DNA of 59,254 bases from a virus (IMGVR_UViG_3300023097_000063:1-59254), one strand, 5' to 3'. Counted from the first letter of the stretch, positions 35,924-45,935 are shown. Made by a program: numbers and translations. The notes: generated from the sequence alone by a model not told the origin.

Positions 35924-36814
35924 TTAGCTGGTAGAAGCGTCTACCTGGACCGCCAAATGGCAGCAGTCCCAGGTCAGTAGATAGGGGCGGGCGGCCCTGG
36001 CGGTGACCGTGTCCACGGACCGGTTCAGGTTCGACGACGGCGGGAACACGGTGACGTCCCCCCGGTATCCCCACACCGGGCTCGTGGCGTACAGCCAGGC
36101 CGTCTCCAGAGCCGGGGCCGCACCGGCCGGGCTGGTGCCCTGGTAGCCGGCGCCCGGGACGACCCAGTTTCCGTTCGCGGTCCGCCACCGGACTCCGTCA
36201 CGGATCAGGAGACCGTCGCCGTGCAAATGGGTCATGATCTTCTGCGGTACGTGGATCCAGCCGACACCGCCGTAGCAGTCCCCGAGCGCCGACTCCAGAA
36301 TCCCGAGAGCGGTCTTGGGGTCGAGGCCGGAGCCGGTGACGACGACGGTCGCCGCGGTCTGCAGGGTCACGTTCCCGGACACGACGGCCGCGTCCTCCGC
36401 CAGGTGCGGGTAGACGACGGCGGGGTTGCCGGCGTAGTCGTCGGTGATCGCCCCGGTCCAGAACGCGTTCTCGACCTGCCAGCCCTCACTGCGGGTGAGG
36501 GCGTCCTCGGCCAGCTGGTTCGCCTTCGAGTAGAAGTCGACCGGCGCGCACGAGAACTGGGAGTAGACGTGGAAGCTGGTGGCGCCGCGCATGCTGCGGG
36601 ATTCGGTTTCTTGGAACCCGCCGGTCACCCCACCAGTGGCCGACGGGCCGCACACGTCCAGCGCGATCGTTTCCGCGCCGGAGCAGTCAGCGAGGTATTC
36701 GACGCCGGCGAGCCAGCGGCCGCCGTTGTCTGGTTGCCAGTCGACGTAGTCGAGGAGGCCGGTGGGGCGGCGTTCGGGGCGGGGCGGGTCTACGAGGGCA
36801 CGCGGCATCACCAT
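35924..36814 (-). CDS. second capsid protein (capsid pentamer-type)
   Basis: Directly after major capsid; E...VE..FW, L..LE, GWIH, RT.NGN.VV.GAGY. Confidence 0.7.
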   Translation of the reverse strand: MVMPRALVDPPRPERRPTGLLDYVDWQPDNGGRWLAGVEYLADCSGAETIALDVCGPSATGGVTGGFQETESRSMRGATSFHVYSQFSCAPVDFYSKANQLAEDALTRSEGWQVENAFWTGAITDDYAGNPAVVYPHLAEDAAVVSGNVTLQTAATVVVTGSGLDPKTALGILESALGDCYGGVGWIHVPQKIMTHLHGDGLLIRDGVRWRTANGNWVVPGAGYQGTSPAGAAPALETAWLYATSPVWGYRGDVTVFPPSSNLNRSVDTVTARAARPYLLTWDCCHLAVQVDASTS

Positions 36815-36898
36815 GTGCGTGTCCTCTCAAACCTGCGGTTCATGTAGACCCGTCCCCTTCCCTTTTCCCCAACCACCATCTTCACCAGCAGAAAGCTG

Positions 36899-38566
36899 TT
36901 ACAGCGCGCAGGCCGTGAGGTCCGCGGCGCCGGTGGTGCCGTCGGCGCAGATCGAGACGGTGTAGACGCGGGACTCGTGGCCGCGCATGCCGATCAGCCA
37001 GCACTCCTCGGTCCACGCCGCCGTGTAGTCGTTCGTCGCGTTCAGCGTGCTGTCACGGATGACGCCCAGGTCGAGGTTCAGGCCCTCGCCGAGGAAGAAC
37101 GTCCCCGGCGCGTAGATCATGAACTGGACGCTGGTCGGCCACGCGGTCAGGAACCCGGCCGTCGACGTACCCGGGGTCGAGGCCGACCGGACCTGCCAGT
37201 CGTCGACCCACTGGACCCGGACGTTACGGGCGTCGAACATGCGCAGCAGCCGCGACTCCGCGACGTCGAGCATGTCGACGCCGGTACGCCGCACCAGGTC
37301 GGAGATCATCATGTCGCGGACCCACGGCGGTAGGACCACTTCGAGAACGGCGTTGCGAGCCATGGCGAACCGGGCCCGGTAGTCGACAGCCGCGATCGAG
37401 ATCGCACCCATCAGCGGCGCGACCACACCAGCGGAGCCGGTCGTGAACGGCGTACCTGTCGCTGCGCTGGACGCGGTCGACAGGGCGACGAGCTGGGTGA
37501 TGCGCTTCGCGTTCATCTTGTGCGCGTGCGCCTTGTACAGCAGATCGATGTAGTTCGCGACCAGCTCCGGGTACGACTCCGTGATCAGGTTACCCGCGGT
37601 CAGGCAGATACCGTCACACGACAGCCGGCCCTCCATGAACGCCACACACGGGATCCGGCCGCACGTCTTCGTCCCCGACTGCCCGGTACCAGTCACGGCG
37701 GCCGCGTCCTGGGTCTCGGTCCACGACCACAGCGGCAGGCCTGAACCGGTCGGGATCGCCGCGAACCCGTCGATGACGTTCGCGTACGACGGCGACACCG
37801 GCCACTTCACACCACCGCGGGAGATACCGACCCTCGGCAGGTCCAGCATCCCCTCGGCGGAAGCGATGTTGAACAGGTCGTAGGTGATCTCCGACGGGGA
37901 GCACCAGCCACCCGCGGCGACGAGCGCCTCCGGGTTCGTGGCCTCATCGATGACCTGCGCCATCTGCTCCGGCTCGAACTCTCGGCCGACCATGTGCCGG
38001 AACGTCTTCCGCACCTGCGCCACATACGCGGCCGGGGCACCGTCCTGGAGAGCGCGGGCCTTGGCCTGCATGACCTCGACCAGACCCATCACACCGTCGA
38101 GCTGCGAACCGGTGGCGACACCCGGGACCTCGGCGGCCGCCAGGAGCACGGCGGGCTGCTGGGCGCGCGGCAGGTTCGGGGTCCGGGACTGCGCCTCCGC
38201 CAGGCTGTAGTTGAGCCGGCGCTCGGCCCGGATGTCCTCGACCTGCGCACCACCGGTCGGGCGGGCTGCGGCGACGACGGTCTCCTGCGGCACCTGCTCC
38301 GGAACGGCCGGCGGCGGCGGGGCGATACGGGTGGCGAGGGCCTGACGGGAAGCGGCGGCCGCGGTACGGCCGGCGCGCTCGGCGTCGAGGGTGGCGTAGG
38401 CGGCGTGGAAAGCGGCCACCTGGGCGGGGTCGGCGTTGTCGCCGGCGTCCAGGAGGGCCGCGGTCGCGGTCTCCAGGCCGGTCTCGAACCCGTCAAGGTC
38501 GGAGCTGGAAAGTGCGCGGAGGTGCCCTGTCAGGTCCTCCGGCAGCGTGTACGGCGCGTCGGCCAC
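36899..38566 (-). CDS. major capsid protein (hexamer-type, N-terminal scaffold domain)
   Basis: ALVAAGGWCSPSE..YD, LDLP...ISRGG, LDLGVIRDSTLNATNDYTA..EE. Confidence 0.9.
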   Translation of the reverse strand: MADAPYTLPEDLTGHLRALSSSDLDGFETGLETATAALLDAGDNADPAQVAAFHAAYATLDAERAGRTAAAASRQALATRIAPPPPAVPEQVPQETVVAAARPTGGAQVEDIRAERRLNYSLAEAQSRTPNLPRAQQPAVLLAAAEVPGVATGSQLDGVMGLVEVMQAKARALQDGAPAAYVAQVRKTFRHMVGREFEPEQMAQVIDEATNPEALVAAGGWCSPSEITYDLFNIASAEGMLDLPRVGISRGGVKWPVSPSYANVIDGFAAIPTGSGLPLWSWTETQDAAAVTGTGQSGTKTCGRIPCVAFMEGRLSCDGICLTAGNLITESYPELVANYIDLLYKAHAHKMNAKRITQLVALSTASSAATGTPFTTGSAGVVAPLMGAISIAAVDYRARFAMARNAVLEVVLPPWVRDMMISDLVRRTGVDMLDVAESRLLRMFDARNVRVQWVDDWQVRSASTPGTSTAGFLTAWPTSVQFMIYAPGTFFLGEGLNLDLGVIRDSTLNATNDYTAAWTEECWLIGMRGHESRVYTVSICADGTTGAADLTACAL

Positions 38567-38687
38567 AGTGCACCCCTCTAGATCACGTCTCTGGTGAGGG
38601 TGAGGCTACCGCGTTTTGTCCAAACTTACGATTGAGGAAAATATGCCCTGACCAGCGCGTACGCGCGCAACGGCGGTGGGATGCGGT

Positions 38688-38719
38688 GAGGCCCCCGCCT
38701 TTGCAGAAGCGGGGGCCTC
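38688..38719. terminator. stem-loop in capsid leader
   Basis: GAGGCCCCCGC/GCGGGGGCCTC. Confidence 0.5.
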
Positions 38720-38976
38720 TTGTGGACTCGCAACCCCAGTGCCCGGACCAGCAAGCTCGGAGGATCAACCAACAGCAGAGAAGAAAGGAACGCGTCCACA
38801 CCCTCCCACCCCAGCCGCCACCGACACAACCCCCTGCAACAAGCTGCAACAGACCGGCACAGGACATGGAGAGGCCCCCGTCGCCTACGGGGGCGAAAGG
38901 GGCCTCAACGGGGGGTCATCCCATGCGGTCCAGGGGTATGGATGGCTGGACTGCGGGGCGTAACCTGCCCCGGACT

Positions 38977-39153
38977 CTAACCCACCGCAGGCGTGCTGTC
39001 AGCCTGCCCGCCACCAGCGTTCGCGATCGCCGCAGCCATCGACACCCGCCCCCGCTGCGCCGCCTCGGCACGCTCCTGCTGCTCACGCTCCACGAGGTCC
39101 TTCGACGTCACCGCCAAAGTCTTACGTACTCCACCACCGCACGCACACGGCAT
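38977..39153 (-). CDS. small MxCxCG protein
   Basis: MPCACGGG; between protease and capsid. Confidence 0.55.
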   Translation of the reverse strand: MPCACGGGVRKTLAVTSKDLVEREQQERAEAAQRGRVSMAAAIANAGGGQADSTPAVG

Positions 39154-39154
39154 G

Positions 39155-41146
39155 TCAGGCTCCAATCCTCTGCGCCAGCGCAGCACGCAGGCTGCCCGGG
39201 TCCCGGCCCAGCCGCCGCATCAGCGACATCCTGGCCACCCCACCATCCACCCCATCGACGGCCGGCGCAACATCCGCCGCCGTACCCTCCTCGAGCACCG
39301 GCGGGATCTCGGCCTCCTGGACGACACCCGCCGCGACCAGCGACAGCTGCTCCCCCGCGAACACACCCGCCCGCGCCCGCGGGACCGGGAAACCAGGCAC
39401 GTTCACCGCCAAGAACGCCACCAGGCGCAGCGATCCGGCGATCCGCCGCCAGTCACCCGACAGCTTCGCCCCCATCAGCTCCCGCACCTGCCCCGCCGAC
39501 ACCCCCGGCCGCAACGCACCAGCAACCCAGATGCCGTGCCCGTCGTTGCCTGTGGCGACGTCAGCGACGACGGCACCGGTGTTGTCGTAGTGCTCCATCG
39601 CCCCCCGCCACGACATACCGCTGGTGGGTGCGTGGCCGGTCCCGAGGGTGATCTGCCCGACCGCGACCCGCTCCCCACCCGCGCACAGAACCTCACCGAG
39701 GCGGTAGTAGTCGTGAGCGGACTCCTCCGGCGGCGACACGCACGTATCCCCGAACCCGGTGTGGCACGACCCCCACAGGGCACCATGCCCGAACACCCTG
39801 CCGTCGTCCGTCACCGTCAACCCGGTGGGTCCCTCGAGGTGCGGGTCGTCGAACCAGGATGCCTGCGGTGCGTCGGTGAGCTCGAGCGCCGCGGCGGTGA
39901 CCGCCGCCGGCTCCGGTGTGGCCGGGGAGAAGTCGGGTGGGGTGAGACCTGCGGCGCGGATGTGGGAGGCGAGGTGCTCGTAGGCCGAACGGAGCTCGAT
40001 CCGGGACAAACGTCCCGGGCGGGCGTTCAGGGCGTGGATGCCCGCGGAGCAGGCGGTCAGGTTCGGCAGTCCGGGGGTGCCGTCGGCGGTGGCGGTGTGG
40101 TGCAGGTACCGGCACTCACCCGTGTTCACCGTCCCGTCCGGGAGCTCCGGCGGCGTGTACGCGAAGAACTCCCGGGCCAGCGACGACGCCACAAGGGTGG
40201 ACGTGGCGGTCAGCTGCGAGAAGTGCACGGCAGGCTCCCACACCCCGCCCACGGCCGCGGCGACTAGGGCGTCACGCTGCGGGTCGGGGCCGGACAGGAT
40301 GAGCAGGTCGGGGCAGCGGATCTGACCCGACGCGACGAGCTCGTACAGCTCCTCGCGCTGCTCCCTGCCCAGCTGAACCTTCGCCTCGACGAACGCCGGA
40401 ATGTCGACCAGGGTCGTGGCCCGGATCCGGCCCTTATTGAAGATGATCAGTTCCGGCCGGACCCCGTCCGCGAACGACGTGCCGGCGGGGAAGACCAGGT
40501 CGACGTCAGCGTCGGAGATCTTGTCCACATCCACGCTGTTGCCGGAGGCGTAGCCGCGGGCCATCTTGTTCCGCACCCTGGCGCCATGCTCGTCGGCGAC
40601 GTCGAACGTGCCGTGACCCCAGATCTCGAACACACCAGGCTGGGAGGTGGGGCGGCGTTCGATGTCCTCGATGTTCCCGACCCGGACGGCGTTGTCGTGG
40701 CCGCCGGCGTCGACGGGGCACCAGCGCAGCGGGAGGGGGAGTTCGGGCCAGGTGAGGGAGTGGGCGGCGAAGAACCGGCCGTCTCCGGTGTCGATCCCTT
40801 CGACGGTGAGGATGCCGTGCCACTCCGCGGACAGCTCCTCCACCTCCGCCTCTTGCTCGAGCACGGGTGTGGTGAGGGTGTCGGTGGCCATGGTTTCGGT
40901 CTCCCCGCTGTGCTTGCCCCGGTCCTCGCCGGGCCAGTGCCCGTGGACCTCCCGGTAGTAGGTGGCGCACAGGCCGCCCGGGTCGTCGACGCCCTTCTCG
41001 GCGAGAAGGGTCTTGCACCGGTCCATCGACCCCTCGGCCTGCCAGTTGATCTCGACAGCCCCGGGGCCGGTCGTCCAGTAGCGGAGCAGGTCGTGGCCCT
41101 CACGACCTGGCGTACTCGTGTCTGCTTCCTTGGCCATTGCGGTCAT
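39155..41146 (-). CDS. capsid maturation protease (multidomain)
   Basis: EG..TGDGR.F, GH..A..VG, SVD, TLV.IPAF.EA, GRVFGH.A.W..CH, LSGDWR, AVNVPGFP. Confidence 0.85.
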   Translation of the reverse strand: MTAMAKEADTSTPGREGHDLLRYWTTGPGAVEINWQAEGSMDRCKTLLAEKGVDDPGGLCATYYREVHGHWPGEDRGKHSGETETMATDTLTTPVLEQEAEVEELSAEWHGILTVEGIDTGDGRFFAAHSLTWPELPLPLRWCPVDAGGHDNAVRVGNIEDIERRPTSQPGVFEIWGHGTFDVADEHGARVRNKMARGYASGNSVDVDKISDADVDLVFPAGTSFADGVRPELIIFNKGRIRATTLVDIPAFVEAKVQLGREQREELYELVASGQIRCPDLLILSGPDPQRDALVAAAVGGVWEPAVHFSQLTATSTLVASSLAREFFAYTPPELPDGTVNTGECRYLHHTATADGTPGLPNLTACSAGIHALNARPGRLSRIELRSAYEHLASHIRAAGLTPPDFSPATPEPAAVTAAALELTDAPQASWFDDPHLEGPTGLTVTDDGRVFGHGALWGSCHTGFGDTCVSPPEESAHDYYRLGEVLCAGGERVAVGQITLGTGHAPTSGMSWRGAMEHYDNTGAVVADVATGNDGHGIWVAGALRPGVSAGQVRELMGAKLSGDWRRIAGSLRLVAFLAVNVPGFPVPRARAGVFAGEQLSLVAAGVVQEAEIPPVLEEGTAADVAPAVDGVDGGVARMSLMRRLGRDPGSLRAALAQRIGA

Positions 41147-41160
41147 GGGCCACCACCTTT

Positions 41161-42816
41161 CTAGGAGAGATCGTAAGCCGCGCGCCACGCCGCCGACCCC
41201 TTGCCGCCGGACGCGGTCAACTCACCGCTGTCCGCTACGAGGGTGTCGAGCATCCGCAGCATCGTCTGCACCCCGCGAGGAGTCAGCATGTCCGAATCCG
41301 TCGGCTGCCCGTCCCTAGGCTGCACGTTCAGGTAGAACGCGGGACGGCCCTTCATCGGACCGTCATCATCCGGGTAGTCGCCCTCGGCCAGATAGGCGTG
41401 CGCCTCGAGGTCTCCCCACCGCGTCCCGGAGATCTTGTCGTCGAACAGTTCGTAGGCGTCGTCCTCCGGGTTCAGGTCCTCCTGCGGGCCGCCTGCCGCT
41501 TCACGCCGGCGGACCTCACGGGCATCGGCGTTGTACCGCTTCAACACCTCCGGCAGACCCGCGGCCGCGCGCTCGAGCGCATCCCACAGAGCGGCGATAC
41601 CAGACTCATCGAGTTCGGCCGTCGACCCGACCGTAGGGACTTCGACCCGTTCGCCGGTCTCTTCGTCCTCGCTGTCCCGGGCCTGGTTGTCGCCGGTCCA
41701 CGCCTTCTTGTCCTCGCGGGCGACGCTGCCGATCCTCAGCCGCCTGCCCTGGGGGGTGTCGATGACCGCCATGACGAACGCACCCTCATCGGCGTTGACC
41801 GCACCGGAGGACAGGAGGCGTTCCCCGCCGCCGAGCTGGATACGCCCGGCCAGGCCGAGCTTGTCCCTAGCCGGGTCGGTGACGTCGTCCCCGCCGAACT
41901 CGTCCTGCGCCGGCACGCTCCCGTCGGGAAGCCTGCCGCGCTCGTCCACACCACCGGGGAAGCCGTCGGTCCACTTCCCGTCGCCGTCCCGCGGCTGGCC
42001 CGGGTCGAACCTGAACGTGGCGGTGGCGGCGACGATGGCCTCATCGTCGACGTCATAGGCGAGATCGCATCGGCAGTTGATCGCGAGGGCCGGGGGAAGG
42101 CGACGGTCACACGGGTACATGCCGGTACCCGGAGGATCGGTGAACACGAACTGGGCGGCGATCGGAACCCGCTTCCCGTCCATGTCGTGGTGTGCTTTCC
42201 GGGTGCGTTCGTCCTCGACCGCGAGCCATTCCTTGCGGCCGGTGAACCCCGCCGCGCTGATCATGTCGAACGTGGCCGCATGCGAAGCCCTAGCGACCTC
42301 CGTACGCGCGGCCGCTCGCGCCCGGAACTCGGTCATGTCGACCGCCCCCGACACGCGCGCCGCCAGCTGCTCGACACCGTCCCCGGCTTCGAACCCCTCT
42401 GTCAGCGCGGCCCGGGCGTTCTCCCACAGCTCCGTCGACAACCCCACCATGTGGTTCTCGGCGTGCGCCAGGGACTCGTAGGCGAGGTCACCGCCGCGGT
42501 GTGGTGCCTCCCAGTCGGGCCAGACGGCCTGGACCTGGGCGACGACGGTGTCGGACGCGTCGGTCCACGTCTGCCGCAGATACGGCATGATCTGAGAGTC
42601 GACGAAGACCCGCCACGCGGAGAAGACCCCTTGCAGCGCGGTCCACACTCGCGACCCCGGCAGGCCGGCGGCGGTGAGGGTGAGGGTGAGGGTGTTGTCG
42701 GCGGCCATCTCCGCGGTCACGGCCCGGGCCGTCTGCCGCATGCCGGCGGCGACGAGCTGCTCCGCGAACGCGATCCGTTCGTCGATCTCCGCCGCACTCA
42801 TGCCTGTGATCTTCAC
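41161..42816 (-). CDS. MuF-like minor head protein with long C-terminal extension
   Basis: ARTE, KEWLA..D.RTR..H...DG, YP.D, INCRC. Confidence 0.88.
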   Translation of the reverse strand: MKITGMSAAEIDERIAFAEQLVAAGMRQTARAVTAEMAADNTLTLTLTAAGLPGSRVWTALQGVFSAWRVFVDSQIMPYLRQTWTDASDTVVAQVQAVWPDWEAPHRGGDLAYESLAHAENHMVGLSTELWENARAALTEGFEAGDGVEQLAARVSGAVDMTEFRARAAARTEVARASHAATFDMISAAGFTGRKEWLAVEDERTRKAHHDMDGKRVPIAAQFVFTDPPGTGMYPCDRRLPPALAINCRCDLAYDVDDEAIVAATATFRFDPGQPRDGDGKWTDGFPGGVDERGRLPDGSVPAQDEFGGDDVTDPARDKLGLAGRIQLGGGERLLSSGAVNADEGAFVMAVIDTPQGRRLRIGSVAREDKKAWTGDNQARDSEDEETGERVEVPTVGSTAELDESGIAALWDALERAAAGLPEVLKRYNADAREVRRREAAGGPQEDLNPEDDAYELFDDKISGTRWGDLEAHAYLAEGDYPDDDGPMKGRPAFYLNVQPRDGQPTDSDMLTPRGVQTMLRMLDTLVADSGELTASGGKGSAAWRAAYDLS

Positions 42817-44390
42817 CGGGAGGCTCCCTCGAGAACGGCGAGCATGGTGTCGTCGTAGATCGACGCGGTCATCGTCTGATCCTCGACCGGCTGGTCCGGG
42901 CCCGCACCGGCCTGCGGATCATCCGCCTCATCGTCGCCCTCGCCCTCCGGCGCCTGCTCCTCAACCGCAGGAACCGTGGGGGCGGCCGCTTCGATCGGGA
43001 CCTTCTTACCCGACAGCAACGACACCACCTCGAGAGTCGTCGCATCGAACGCCCCGCCGGCGATGAACCGCTGCCGCAGGAGCATCTTCATCAGCTCGTC
43101 CGGGTCCGGGGCATCGGATTCGTCGAAGCCGGCTTCGCGGCGGGTGGCCTGGTCGTCGATGAGCATCTTGTCGTTGAGCTGCACACCACGTTCGGCAAGG
43201 TCCGGTTTGGCGGTGAGTTCGGACGGGTCGTACCAGATGAGGTAGCGGACGCCTTCTTCCGGTGCGATCTCGGCCGCGGCGAGCATCGGGTACAGGTAAC
43301 CCTCGGTCAGCCCATGGCAGATGATCTCCGCCGGTGGGCTGATGTGCTTCTTCACCCCCTCAGCGTCGAGGCCGGCGGCGTTCCAGTGGTTGGTGTCGCC
43401 GAGGCCGGTGACGACCTCCTGGGGCATGTCGACGGTCGCGGCGAGGCGCTGGATGGCCTTTTCGCGGTTGGTGAGGTCGGATTCGGGGACCTCGTTCGCG
43501 ACGATCAAGTGCCGGAATCGTTCGATGAATTCGGCTTTGACGCGCAGCGGGATGGGGATCGCGGCGGATGCGGTGCCCGGGTTTTTGATCGACTTCTGGG
43601 CGATGTCGATCAGCTGGGCGACGAACGGGTCGGGTGCGTCCTTGAACTCAGGGTTGACCGGGAACGTGACTTCTTCGGGGATGAGGAGGAAGCCGTTGGA
43701 GGCGAGGCGGGACAACAGCTGGGCGATGATCTTCCGGTTGTAGAAGTCGATCTCCCGCAGGTACACCAGACACGCCCGCGTCATCGACGTCGGCTGCCAC
43801 GCAAACCGCGGATCCGGATCCCAAATCCGCACGACCAGCGACTGGTCGGGGAGCATCTCCCACGTCTTCTCATCGACCCTAACCTCGAACCGCGGCCCGG
43901 ACCTGCCACGCGCGGCCGCCTTCGTCCGCACGTCGTCGTTCGAACGTACGTCCACCGACCGGCCGCCACCGTTCTTCGCGTCCCGGTCGAACATGACCAG
44001 ATTCGCCTCACCCGGCACGGCCAGCTGCAGGCCGAACTTCTTCATCAAAGCGGCCTGCCCGCCGACACCACCGGCGAGCTGGGCGACGATCTCCGCCACC
44101 GGGCCGTCGTCCAAATATTCGGGTTCGGACGAGTCCGGGGACATTTTCGCCGCCCGCAGGCGCACGCGAGAGAGGGCGTTGGCACGCCAGTTCACGGCGA
44201 ACCACAGCTCCCCGCCGGCCGTGTAGTACTGCCATGCTTCGGTCTGCCAGGCCTCGTTACGGATGATCGGCCTGGTGACGTCGTTGAGGACGCGTGCGGA
44301 GGCGACGACGGCGTTGTAGCCGGGTGCGGGGTCGGGCAGGTCCGGCGGCCTGCGTGTTGTTCGTGCTTGCCGCCCTGCGGACCTGCCCAT
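42813..44390 (-). CDS. portal protein
   Basis: WQ.EAW.YY...GEL, SRL..NG.L..P.E, R..AI.RLA...D.P.E...G.G..NHW. Confidence 0.88.
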   Translation of the reverse strand: MGRSAGRQARTTRRPPDLPDPAPGYNAVVASARVLNDVTRPIIRNEAWQTEAWQYYTAGGELWFAVNWRANALSRVRLRAAKMSPDSSEPEYLDDGPVAEIVAQLAGGVGGQAALMKKFGLQLAVPGEANLVMFDRDAKNGGGRSVDVRSNDDVRTKAAARGRSGPRFEVRVDEKTWEMLPDQSLVVRIWDPDPRFAWQPTSMTRACLVYLREIDFYNRKIIAQLLSRLASNGFLLIPEEVTFPVNPEFKDAPDPFVAQLIDIAQKSIKNPGTASAAIPIPLRVKAEFIERFRHLIVANEVPESDLTNREKAIQRLAATVDMPQEVVTGLGDTNHWNAAGLDAEGVKKHISPPAEIICHGLTEGYLYPMLAAAEIAPEEGVRYLIWYDPSELTAKPDLAERGVQLNDKMLIDDQATRREAGFDESDAPDPDELMKMLLRQRFIAGGAFDATTLEVVSLLSGKKVPIEAAAPTVPAVEEQAPEGEGDDEADDPQAGAGPDQPVEDQTMTASIYDDTMLAVLEGASR

Positions 44391-44442
44391 ACGCCCACGA
44401 CCCTCACGTGTCCGGCCACGCCAGGGCCGCTACCCGCCGAGT

Positions 44443-44673
44443 CTAGGCTGCCGGGCTCTCGAGATGGGAGAGGAACGCGTTCCATGCCGCCGGGGACACC
44501 GCGAGCATCGGTGCCGTGTCCGGCTCCTTCGAGTCACGGATCATCACCGCGATCCCTTCGGGGCGGCCGACCTCGACGCACGTGTGCGACTCGCATCGGG
44601 AAGCCGGGCGGAACCGGGCGCCGACCTCCACACAGTTGATCTCGTACGAGCGGCTGCTCTTCTTCCAGGTCAT
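44443..44673 (-). CDS. DUF397 domain protein
   Basis: WKKSSRS...NCVEV (duplicated CVEV), IRDSK.P, AW.AFL. Confidence 0.88.
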   Translation of the reverse strand: MTWKKSSRSYEINCVEVGARFRPASRCESHTCVEVGRPEGIAVMIRDSKEPDTAPMLAVSPAAWNAFLSHLESPAA

Positions 44674-45131
44674 TCGATCACTCCTCGGTCGCGCATGTCG
44701 GTGGCCGCGCGCATCATCGCAGCCCGGTACTCCGGCGGGGCGTCCAGCCACGGCATACCCGGCACGCCCTGCGCACGGACGGCTTCGTGGATCTCCGCCG
44801 CCATCTGCTCGATGCTCAGCGGGGGTTCTTTGGTGAGGTGCTTGTACAGGGGCGCACCGACCCCGCCGGTGATCGCGGAGGCGGTGAGGGCGGCGAGCGC
44901 CCATTGGAAGAGGGTGCCGTCGGTGAACAGCCACGCGAGGATCGCGAGCGGCCAGGTGATCCAGATGGAGGTGCACCACAGGCATTGGACGAGGTAGGCG
45001 GGCATGCTGTCGGGGTCGTAGGTGCGTGCGATCCAGTCCCGCACCGGCTCTGTAATCTTGTCTGCGGTGATCAGCCACGACAACCGGAACACCGCACCGA
45101 CGAACACGAACAGACTGATCCAGGCCATCAC
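44670..45131 (-). CDS. DUF1360-like membrane protein
   Basis: FRL..LIT.D.ITEP.R, L..C.WC.S.W. Confidence 0.75.
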   Translation of the reverse strand: MMAWISLFVFVGAVFRLSWLITADKITEPVRDWIARTYDPDSMPAYLVQCLWCTSIWITWPLAILAWLFTDGTLFQWALAALTASAITGGVGAPLYKHLTKEPPLSIEQMAAEIHEAVRAQGVPGMPWLDAPPEYRAAMMRAATDMRDRGVIE

Positions 45132-45373
45132 CGTTCCACCTCGACGCAGCCGAACTCCATACCGTTCACCTGGTCCGGGACCAGCGTGCAGTGCTCCAGG
45201 ATGATGTTGAGGTCTCTGGTGACGATGTCCAGGACGGCGGCGGTGATCGCCCTGGTTCGGGTCACCGATGTGCCGTCTCCCGCGTCGAGGGCTGCGCGGC
45301 GCACGTCGTCGGTGACGGTCAGCTGCGCCCGCAGGCTGCCTTCTCTCACCTGCATCCGGTCACATCCGGACAC
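45128..45373 (-). CDS. hypothetical protein
   Basis: Coupled ORF. Confidence 0.45.
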   Translation of the reverse strand: MSGCDRMQVREGSLRAQLTVTDDVRRAALDAGDGTSVTRTRAITAAVLDIVTRDLNIILEHCTLVPDQVNGMEFGCVEVER

Positions 45374-45579
45374 GGGAGCGGCTCACCGTTCGCGTCCACG
45401 CCGCCGGGGAGCGCGGGAACACCGGCGGCGTCGAGGGCGACGGTGACGGCTGTCCAGACGCGGGCGTTCTCACGGACGGCGCGCTGGTTGTTGAGGTCGT
45501 AGCCGGCGGTGACGGCTGGGTGGGTGTGGAGGTGGGCGAGGACGGCCCGGTAGGCGTCCTGGCGGGGGCTGGTACTCAC
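45346..45579 (-). CDS. hypothetical protein
   Basis: Coupled ORF. Confidence 0.45.
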   Translation of the reverse strand: MSTSPRQDAYRAVLAHLHTHPAVTAGYDLNNQRAVRENARVWTAVTVALDAAGVPALPGGVDANGEPLPCPDVTGCR

Positions 45580-45935
45580 TACCGTCCCGTCACGTTCGCG
45601 GCCGCGTAGCGGGCGATTCGGGTGTCGGGCGGGGCGTGGCCGGTCCGAACGGTGGTGGTGACGGTGTCGTAGGCGTCGGCGGCGTGGACGAGCTGCGAGG
45701 TGAGGTGCTGGTCGACGGGGCGGCCGGACTGCTCGGTGACGCGGACGATGTCGGCGACGCGGAGGAGGAGGTTCGCGGCCGCCCAGCGGCGCACGAGAGC
45801 GTCCTTCCGTACCGCGGCGGCCTGGACCTGGCCGGCGCGGACGGCGTTTTCGGTCTGGCATGCGCGGCAGTGGACGCCTGCGAGGTCTTGCATGGTGCAG
45901 GTGTGAACGGGGTTGATGGTGTGGGTGGGGGTCAT
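45579..45935 (-). CDS. hypothetical protein
   Basis: AAAGG RBS, ATGA overlap. Confidence 0.55.
   Translation of the reverse strand: MTPTHTINPVHTCTMQDLAGVHCRACQTENAVRAGQVQAAAVRKDALVRRWAAANLLLRVADIVRVTEQSGRPVDQHLTSQLVHAADAYDTVTTTVRTGHAPPDTRIARYAAANVTGR

Noticed and set aside
39900-40330. Intein in the protease
   Set aside because: No C/S...HN splice motifs or homing-endonuclease signature; it looks like an inserted head domain
26669-43066. Long plus-strand or alternate-frame ORFs (e.g. 27568-28632, 38993-40267, 41137-42858)
   Set aside because: Shadow ORFs of high-GC genes; Arg/Pro/Gly-rich with no motifs
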